Positions 1-8,600 of a DNA stretch of 64,000 nt are shown in pieces. Positions within the stretch are counted from its first letter, which is position 1; every line of letters begins with the position of its first letter. The translations under genes were made by a program, and so were the position numbers. This DNA comes from Felis catus. Its lineage: Eukaryota. The stretch spans positions 11,534,001-11,598,000 of the forward strand of contig NC_058369.1 in the NCBI RefSeq assembly GCF_018350175.1, read 5' to 3'. A model generated the notes under the pieces. That model searched no databases. It had not been told where the DNA came from and saw only the letters and a list, made by a program, of their open reading frames with translations.

Positions 1-829
1 GGGGCTTCTGCCAGGTAGAGAACTGACCAGCTCCTCAGAAGCAGAGAGGATTCTGGGACCCCAGACCCTGTTTCCCTGGAGCTCTCATAAAATCAAGGTC
101 TCAGGCCTGCCCTGGCCAGTTACATGCCGTGGAACATGGCTCTCCTTCTGTCTGGGTCTTGGTTATGAATGATCTAGAGGAGGCGATTGCTAAGGTTCCC
201 TGAGCACTGATACTCTGCCCTCAGTCTCACCCTGTCCCCTGCTGTGTAACACCTTCAGTAGCTACCCATTACTTCCATGCCATTGCATATGTGGAGCCTG
301 ATGCCTAGATGGCCCCTGCCTGTCTGTTCCTCATCCAGGACTCCTGGATGGCCCCCAGGCTGGGCCTCACCCACTGTAGCCACAGCAACTATGTCATAAC
401 ACCTGGTAGCTGGTTTGTCTCCCAGCCAGATGGCAGGGTTCATGAGTGTGAGGATGCTGTATGTGTGTGGCCCCAAGAAGGTGCTCAGTAAATATCTGAA
501 TATCATGAGCATTGCTAAGGGTGAGCTGGGGGCAGGTCCAGGATGCCTTGACACAGCGTGGTGGTTAAAGACCAGGGCTGTCAAGCCAGGTTACTGCCAG
601 CTGTGGGATCATGGGCAACTAATTTAACCCCTCAGGGTCTAAGACTTCCCATCTCGAACATGGGATGATAATAATTGAGGCTACCCCACAGGAATCTGTT
701 AAGAATGACATGAGATGATCACATAAAGGGCTTGGCATGTAGGAAACTCCTAATAAGGTACCCGGAGGTTCCTGGAAACCAAGGCCTGTAGGGCAGGCCA
801 AGGAGATGAAGGGAGACATCTGGTGCATC

Positions 830-1215
830 AGCCTGCACTGCCCCCATCACTCTGCTGCTCCTGCCTGGTCCTTGAACACACCAGGCTCCACCTCACCACA
901 GGACCTTTGCGCCTGCTGTTTCCCCCACCTGGCTTGTCCTTCCCACCATTCTTTCAATGCTCCATTCAAATTCCACCCACTCAGGGAGGTTTCCCAGGTC
1001 CTCCGGGCATGATCCTAGCACTCTATGTAAAACCTTTACGGCACCTGTTACTACCTGCCCTCACGTTATTTATATAGTTGCTTATTGCCTGTCTCTAGGA
1101 GGTCAGGCCTCTTGTAGGAAGGGAGTTTTGCCTCTTTTGTTCATGGCTGTATCCCCAGCACCTAGAAAACATCCTGACACCATAGTAGTTGCTGAGTATT
1201 TAATGAATGAATAAC
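830..1215 (+). mobile_element. L2 LINE 3' fragment
   Basis: Typical L2 motifs (ggacctttgc..ctgctgttt; ttgttcatggctgtatccccagcacctagaa...atttaatgaatgaat tail). Confidence 0.65.
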
Positions 1216-1309
1216 AAATCTGGAGGTGAGGACAGTATGAGACCCCCTTCTGCTGGGTAAACTGAGGCACAAAGGGGTAGCTGGTGTCCCTGACTAGCCA
1301 GTCTCTCCC

Positions 1310-1328
1310 CGGCCACTAGAGGGCACAA
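1310..1328 (+). promoter_or_regulatory. CTCF motif in WIZ intron 2
   Basis: CGGCCACTAGAGGGCAC matches the core CCACYAGRKGGCRS. Confidence 0.6.
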
Positions 1329-1727
1329 GCTGTTTTAACCTGTGGCTCAGGAGCAGGACTCACCGACAGTGTAGCAAGAGGGAGGTGGAACAGACTGATG
1401 GGACTGGGGTACACCTGGGGAACAAGTGGGCTGCTCAGGGTGCTAAGCTGTGCACTTGTATCCAATTAACGAGCTCAGAAGAGGGAACCAGGCCGACCCG
1501 AGTTCAAGCCCCAGCTCCTTGCCACCCCCTGTGGGGGGAGGGCATTCATCAGGTCTGTTTTCACAACCATAAAATGGGAAAACAAGCAGAGCACAAAGAG
1601 AAGGCTCCGGACCCAAGCAGAATCAGAATCCCATCCCAACCCCTGCTGGGCTGGGTGACCTAGCCCTCTCTGAACCTCAGGGACCAGGCTGGATGCTCCC
1701 CCAGGGCCGCAGGGCCCACTCTCTTAC

Positions 1728-1932
1728 CAGAAATGCCACTTCTGCCATCCAGAATGTCTCGGGGTCCCTCCTTGGTGACAGGCAGGTAATGGGTGGACCG
1801 GAAGATGCCACCTTCCCCCTCAGCAGCCTCGGCCCCACCTTCGATGTCTTCCCTCGGTGCTGGGCCGGGCAGTCTCTCGGGGCCACGAGGACGATCTGGG
1901 GCGGCCAGGCCGCCTGCCAGGGGCCCATCCAT
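1728..1932 (-). CDS. WIZ: WIZ zinc finger protein, first coding exon (exon 2 spans 1728-1991); rest of gene lies beyond the left window edge
   Basis: Translation MDGPLAGGLAAPDRPRGPERLPGPAPREDIEGGAEAAEGEGGIFRSTHYLPVTKEGPRDILDGRSGIS matches the recalled mammalian WIZ N-terminus. Acceptor cccccag at 1993/1992, donor G|GTAAGA at 1727; 205 nt, phase 1. Confidence 0.95.
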
Positions 1933-3136
1933 GGATGCTGTCTGCCTGGCTCCACTCAATTGCTGGTCTGGCTCAGCAAGGCATTGTAAGTCTGGGGGCA
2001 GAGAGACAGGTGCTCAGGAGAGGTGAGAAAGGGATGCTGCCTTAGTTTCTCCTACCTCGAAGTTCCAGTCCTCACCCTTGCTACTCAGTGCCTCAGTTTC
2101 CCTCCCAGCCCAGGAGAGCTAAGTAAATGGTGCTGAGGCCCTGTCCATATGCATTGTAACCCAGATGGCCCCTATCTTCCGTATGACTCAGTCTCCCCAC
2201 GGGTAACTCCTCTTTACACAGCTCCTGCACTGTGCTGCCTCAGTTTACCCCATTTTTTACACATGCAAATTCATGGACCTTGTTTTCTTCCAGCATTCAT
2301 CCTATCACTTCTCCCAGATGCCTCCTCTCACTCATGCTCTACTGCACTTTCCCCAATTGTGCCCTCACTTCCATGTACATGCAGATCCTCTGTCCCTGCT
2401 TTAGCATGGATCCCAGCCACTTCTACACCCTGATCCTATACATTATCTCAAGTGCTCCCATCATTACCTCTGCACTTTTCCCACACTCTGACCCCTATCC
2501 TCGAAGGACCTTAGGGTTCTCCAGCATTAACCCTTCACCCTCACCCACAGCCTTAAGTGACCCCAGCATTAACCCCTTCTCTTCTCCCCAACACTCCCTC
2601 ATGCATACCCAGCCTGGGCTTCTTCATCCCACCCTCCCAAGATTTCTCTAGTCTGCGGACAAAAACGACGGATGGGGCTCCTGGTCCAGAAATGAGGACC
2701 CTGGGGAGGCCGAGTGTGTGAGGGGGTGGGTGCTGTCCTCTCCACCTATAAATACCTTCAAGGTAACGGCGGAAAGTGAAGGGCAGGAATGAGGCGCCCT
2801 CCCCAGGGAGATGGTGGGGAGGCCGGGCCCAGGCAACCGGGGCGGGGCCCGGGCTCCAGGCCTGGCTGCAGGCGCTGCCCTCGGGGGCCTGGGGGCTCCC
2901 AGGGGGCCAGTCCGTGGCCTGGCAGTCGTGGCGGGGGTCCCTGCCCAGGCCCAGAGGAAGCACCTGCGGGTGCCCACCGGGTGGGCACTGCCCGCGGGGA
3001 ACAGGCGGGACCGCAACTTCGGAGCACTTTGGCAGCGTGGGAAGGGGCCTCCCGCCTGGACGCCCCCCGGGGGTCGCAGGGGTGGGGGCGGCGCCGCGCC
3101 AGCGCACCCCTCGTTGGGTCAGGGTCCGGGAGACGC

Positions 3137-3200
3137 TCCCTCCGCCCGTGCACTTCGGGGCGGGAGACCCCGTGGGACGCGCCGAGGTGGGGGGGGGGAC
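3137..3200 (+). ncRNA. MIR1470: Orthologue of the human MIR1470 hairpin, antisense to WIZ intron 1
   Basis: tccctccgcccgtgcacttcggggcgggagaccccgtgggacgcgccgaggtggggggggggac closely matches my recall of hsa-mir-1470 (GCCCUCCGCCCGUGCACCCCGGGGCAGGAGACCCCGCGGGACGCGCCGAGGUAGGGGGGAC), at the syntenic position. Processing into a miRNA is not shown. Confidence 0.55.
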
Positions 3201-3390
3201 ACCTGCCCCAAGACCCCCGCTCCTCCCCCCCACCAGAACGGCCCCGCCCCCGACCAGGCCCCGCCCCTGCAGGCCCCGCCCCCGCCCCCCGCCCCGGGGG
3301 GTCCCGCCTGTCCCGGCCCGGCCCTGGCCTCCCCCTCCCCGCTCCGGCTCCGCCCCGCCCGCGGGCTCCCCAGGCCGGGCCGGGCCTCAC

Positions 3391-3515
3391 CGGGGAGGCG
3401 GCGCCGCCGGCCAGGCGCCGGGGTTCGAAGCTTCCCTCCTCGGTGCGGCCGTCGCTGCCGCTACCGCCGCTGCCGCTCCCGGTGCCGGTGCCGCGGCCTC
3501 CGCAGCCGCCGCCGC
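3391..3515 (-). other. WIZ: WIZ non-coding exon 1 (5' end approximate)
   Basis: Donor CCG|GTGAGG at 3390 inside the CpG island; GCG/GGC-rich leader; TTTAAA at 3542-3547 about 28 nt upstream of the inferred start. Confidence 0.7.
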
Positions 3516-4139
3516 CTCCACCGCTCGGGGGACATTGTCCCTTTAAATCGCTCCCCCCGCCGCCCCGCCCCCCCGGCGCGCCGCCGTGACCTCAGCGCGA
3601 CAGCCCCGCCGCGCCGCCATGATGGGGAGGTCCAGGCCCCCCCCTTCCCCCCCCCCGTGCCGCCCGGGGGGGGGGGGCGGTCAGCGGGCGCGCCGCCATG
3701 TTGGGAGTGGCCAGGCGGGTCACACTTAAAGGGCCCGCGCGGCCTGAGAGTCCAGGGAGAGGGTCTGTTTCCATGACAACACACTTGTCCCCCTGCCCCC
3801 AATAGCTTCTCATCACCCTACTGGTTCTTCCAATGCTAGGCCTGCTAATAGCAGCAGAAGAGTGAGGAGAGGGCAGAGAAGTTCCCCCATGAGTCATTTA
3901 TAGGTCACTGAGAACTCCACCCAGCCAATCCTTACCCTTCAGTCCCTTGCCCCCAGTCAGCTACCTTCCAACCACAAGCCTTCTCCCTCCTTTCCCATTA
4001 TCCACGCTGGACTTCAGCGCCTCCATGCCCCTAGAGCTGCCCTAGGTCCCCAATATTAAGCCCCTTTTCTCCATCCAACCCCAAGGATCACAGCCTCCAG
4101 AACTACCCCATTGTGAATACATAAGAAGTCTGTGGCCTT

Positions 4140-4540
4140 CTCCCATGAACCACCTATCCACACGTTCAACCACCCATTCATCTCCCCACTCATTCATCCA
4201 CACACTCAACCAATCAACCACTCATCTATCCATTCAATCAACTAACCATCTATCCACCCATCCATCTAAACACCCACTCAAACCACCCATTCACTTCCCA
4301 TCTACCCACTCATCCATCCACCACTCAACCAACATCTGGTCCTGTGAGCCAGCTAGCCACCCACCCAAATCCCCACAACCCATCTGAACACCCACTGAGT
4401 CCACCCATCCACATCCCATCTATCTGCCCAGCCACCCACCACACAAGTAAATACTTACTTATCCATACAACCAAGCAAGCATCCACCTATCCCTGCACAC
4501 ACCCTTTCACCCAGCCATGCAGACATCCATCTTTCAGTTG
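4140..4540. repeat. Degenerate (CCAT/CCAC)n simple repeat
   Basis: Repeated ccatc/ccacc/cattc units; a similar tract lies at about 4800-4930. Confidence 0.8.
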
Positions 4541-5293
4541 CACATTTACTTGCCTCCTCCGCTAGAGTGTAAGCTCCATGAGGACAGGAGTCCCATCTGC
4601 CTTGTTCATTATTGGTTCCCCACTGCCTAGCTCAAGAGTCTCAGGAGACCCCGACAAATATTCATGCAATATATATAACCACTTACTCAATTAACTCACA
4701 TATTTATTTTCTACTGTGATCCAGGTCTCTTCTAGGCAGACACACCTATCTGGGCTATCTGCCTACTTACTCACCTACCAGGGCAAATATTCACCAAATG
4801 CTAACCTATTTACTTGCTTATTGTCCCATTCACCCTACCTCCCACCCATCCGTTCACCCATGATTCAAATGTCCACTCATTTACCCAACCAACACCCACG
4901 GAGCTCAACTGTCTTCACACCTACTCACCCCTTCCTCCATCTGCCTCCCAGACCTATGCTTTCCCTATCATGAGGGAGCTGGTGTGGGACTTGGGGGCCT
5001 AGGAAGATACTATCATATGGGCACTGGGCTTCAATGAGAAGCAGGTACTGCCTCTAACAATGATGAATACCTTTTATCGAACACCTTAAACTATGGGTCT
5101 TCTACTGTGTAAGAAACTTTAGATCCATTTTACAGATGAGGAAACTGAGGTTCTGACAGAGTAAAGGTCTAAGGTCACACAGCTGGTGAGAATCTCCTCA
5201 TGTATCCCTTCCATGAGACCTCCAATTAGGAGTGAATTTGGGAGACCTGAATGGTGGGAGTGGGGTGCTTTCTGATTGGCAACACTTAGGGGC

Positions 5294-5332
5294 AAAAAAA
5301 TCCATCGACTTTACTGAAATCAAAATTTTACT
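5294..5332 (-). terminator. RASAL3: Candidate RASAL3 polyadenylation signals (two AGTAAA, 5327-5332 and 5310-5315) with downstream U-run
   Basis: tttact occurs twice on plus; a T7 tract on minus lies at 5294-5300; I saw no canonical AATAAA between the stop codon and about 4710. Confidence 0.55.
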
Positions 5333-5470
5333 GGGTAACCTCATAGTGCCAGACTTTTTGGCAGCTAAAGCTCCACTCCCTACTGTAGGCCACTTAGGGC
5401 TGGAACAGGGGTCGGACAGGCCTCTGGGACGGCCATCTGCTCCCAGACCACGTGGGGCAGCGTGGACAGC

Positions 5471-5614
5471 TCAGGTGGTATCTCCGTTGATACACGGTGG
5501 TTTGAGGGGGAGGGACTGGCTCCGGGATCCTGGCGTTCTTGAAAGAAGCTGCAGGCTTTGCACCACATTCCTCAGCTGGACCTGAGTACTCTCCATCTCA
5601 GCCAGGCGGCGCTC
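5471..5614 (-). CDS. RASAL3: RASAL3 exon 18 (last), [14 protein letters not shown]...INGDTT*
   Basis: Acceptor ctccag at 5616/5615; TGA at 5473-5471. Confidence 0.93.
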   Translation of the reverse strand, partial: ERRLAEMESTQVQLRNVVQSLQLLSRTPGSRSQSLPLKPPCINGDTT

Positions 5615-8600
5615 CTGGAGAGGCAGTGGCAGTGGGCTCGGAGCCAGGGGTGGGTTGCACCCCAACCCTGGTTCTCTCACCGCCCACATCTTCCCCGTGG
5701 CTGGGGCAGGGGTCTCACCAGACTTTTCAGCCTGTGATCCTCACCGCTTGGACCGCCACTCTCTGGATCCAACTGCGAGGTCCTGTGGGGATCAGGGGCA
5801 AGAAGGGAGGGTCAGAGGCTGAGAAACTCCGCCTCCAGCTCCGGGTTGGGCAGCCAGGAAATCAGAGGGCGGGGCTTGGCGCGGAGGCGGAGTTTGTCTA
5901 CACTAGGGGGCGGGGCCTAGATAAAATTGAAGCCCGGGCTGAATCAGAGCTTTGAATGGCTGGGAGGAAAGAACCGAGCAATCTTGGGGGACGGGGCTTG
6001 GACAGTCTGGGTGAAGTGGGGACCGGGATGGAGGTGTGCCCTGATTGAGAAGCCCGGGACCAACCTTTTTTGGGAGGGGCTGATTGAGGAGTGGGGCCTA
6101 GAGGATAGGACTCGCCAGCGAACTGGGGTGGGAGGAGCTGGGGGGGGGGGAGAGACAGGTGTGTTGGGGCGGGGCTGGCAGAGGGGCGGGGCCTGTCAGG
6201 AGTGATTTGAGCGGGATTGAGAGGCAGGGCCTGAATGAAAGTGGGGCCACGGCAGATCTGATTACAGCGGGCTGACCCGGGGGCAGAGCTAATGGAGAGG
6301 GCGGGGTTCACCCTTGGCGGAGCCTGGAGTCCAGGTCTTGCAGCTGGCCCTGAAGCTGCTCCTGCCTCTCCATCAAAGCCCGGATGTCGGTGCCCAGCGA
6401 CTCCACGAGGCGGGACAGAGCCTTCTGTTCCTCGCGCAGGGCGGCCACCTCACACTGCAGCTCTGCCAACTGTGGGAAGGAAGGAGCTGTAATCTGACCC
6501 GTCGTCCCGCCCCATCTTCTCCCCGAAAAACCCAGACCTCCTTGTCCCTTGCGCTCTGCCTCCTCACTGCCCTGCTCCTTTAGGAAACCTCGCTCAAGTT
6601 TTGCAAAGGAGGAAACTGAGGACCGAAGAAGGTTGCAAACTAGTCCCGGGGTCGCACAGCGCAGCGAGCTCGGTATTTGAACCCAGACCTGCTTGGCTTC
6701 TTGTCTTTCCAGTCCCGTCTTCCCCCTCTGTGCAGAGACCTGAGCTGGACCTCACCTTGCCCACGGGTCGGTGCGTGCCCAGCGCCTGTTCTCTGTCCCG
6801 CGGCTGGTCCAGCTGGCGCTGCCACGGCACCGAGGGCTTCCGAGGCAACGATGCTGAGGCCCCGGTCCAGGGCCGGCCGCGGGGAGCGGGCCCCGCGCGT
6901 AGCGAGCTTTTGGGTCGTGGCCGTGGCCCTGCAGAGGGGCGGCGACGAGCGGGGCGGCCCGCAGGGACGCTCTGCGTGCGCTGCACCGGTCGGGGCAGCC
7001 TCGGGGGCCGCTCTTCGTCCGGCTGCGGTCGCGCCCAACTCCCTGCGCCGTGAACGCTGCGTAGGGACTGGCTCTTGGAGATGAGCGGGGTGTGCTTGGG
7101 GAGATCCCGGGGAGCCAGGAAGCCTGGCTTCTCCCCTGCAGAGAAACTGGGAGGAGAACGGGGGGGGGGGGGGGGGGGGGCGGGGAGCTCAGATCCTTGA
7201 CTGGCCCCTGAGCTGACCCCAAACCTACCTCTGACCAGAAATGATTCCACTTCTGATCTTTTCTATGCGACCCTGTCGCTGATGGAATCACATTTCTACC
7301 TCTGATCTTGCCCTGGACTTCTGACAATACTGTCCTCTCTATGATCTTCGACCTGACCCCAATGTAACTTTTGACTCCTCTCTAGCCTTGTCCCTGACTT
7401 TTGACACAAGGTGATTCTTGACCTGACCGTCTCTGTAAACTCTGATTTCAATCTGACCCTGGGCTAGACTTCTGCTCAGAGGAATATCCCCTTTCTGCCC
7501 CACCTGACCCTCCTTTTGTCCCTGACCTCTGACCTGAAGCTGACCCTGTCTGCCTCCGCACAGACCATGGACCCTGACTGTGACCATATGACTTTACCTA
7601 TAACCCTTGACCCCATTTGACCCTGGGCCTGACTCTGCTTACCATATGAACCCTTCCCTGACCCTTGATGGTGCATCTTAACATCTGACCCTGATCTGAC
7701 CCCTGATTTGATCCCCTCCACAACCTATTACTGAAACCTGACCCTCATCACTGACCACATGTCACTTTCTCTGTCTGACCCCAAATGTGACCTCTCCCTG
7801 ATGTCTGCAATGACCAATCCCCACCTTGGGCTCCAATTTGACTCAGTACCATACTGTGAGCTTCTCTCTGATCCCTCAGGTGACCCCATCTCCAGCCTCT
7901 GACCTTTATGCAACACTGTTTCTGAGAGAGAATCCCGACGTGACCCTGTTCCCGACTGCTGACATGATCTTGTCTTCACTTCTGACCCCAGTCTGACCCT
8001 GTGCTTGCCTTTGGTTCTGCCTCTGCTCTCACCCATCAGAACTGGCCCAGACTTGAGGCAGCAGGTTACCTGGCGTGAACTTGGGCTGGGGGTGGTGGGA
8101 GACGCATTGGCACAGTCACAGGTACAGGCCGGCCCTCCTCAATGGCTCGCAGGATGGTGGGCAGGGGTTCCAGGCTGTCACGGGTTGCCTAATGAGGCAT
8201 GGAGGGAGAATGGTAAGCAGCTCTTTAGGGCCGGAGGCCTCTTGCCCCCCTCCCTACCCCACACACACCCTGGGCTCTGGCTATACCTGGTCAAGTTCAG
8301 CAAAGATGGTACAGAGCTGGGCGTGCAGGACTGCCAGCTGGAGGGCTAGGTCACTGCTGCCCTGGTAACCACTGGGTGCTGCATCCACATCCACCATGGC
8401 CACTTGGTCCAGGAATTGTTGCATGGCTGGTCCACGATCCTCCAGGAAGCTATTCATGAAGCCCATGTAGGCCTCCTTCTCACCAAACCTGCGTCAAGGG
8501 TGGACGGGGTGGATCAAACTAGGCATCTGCCACCCCACTCCCCTGGCATACCGTCAGGGATGTCCCAACCAGGGTCACCCAGCCTCCCAGCTAAGGATGG

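Larger units (their letters stand above)
2780..3750. promoter_or_regulatory. WIZ: CpG-island promoter of WIZ with many GC boxes, TATA-like TTTAAA (3542-3547) and YY1 motif CCGCCATGTT (3693-3702)
   Basis: Very high GC and CpG density; repeated CCCCGCCCC; motifs read directly. Confidence 0.9.

Noticed and set aside
2553..3897. Long overlapping ORFs (210-321 aa) in several frames
   Set aside because: They lie in the WIZ CpG island, where stop codons are rare. Products are low-complexity G/P/R/A with no recognisable domain.
7160..7180. 21-G homopolymer beside the RASAL3 exon 15 acceptor
   Set aside because: It is a poly-C pyrimidine tract on the sense strand; its length may be a sequencing artefact and does not affect the frame.
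7190..8005. CRISPR-like or prokaryotic repeat-spacer array
   Set aside because: Units are short, degenerate and irregularly spaced; the DNA is mammalian and no cas genes are present.
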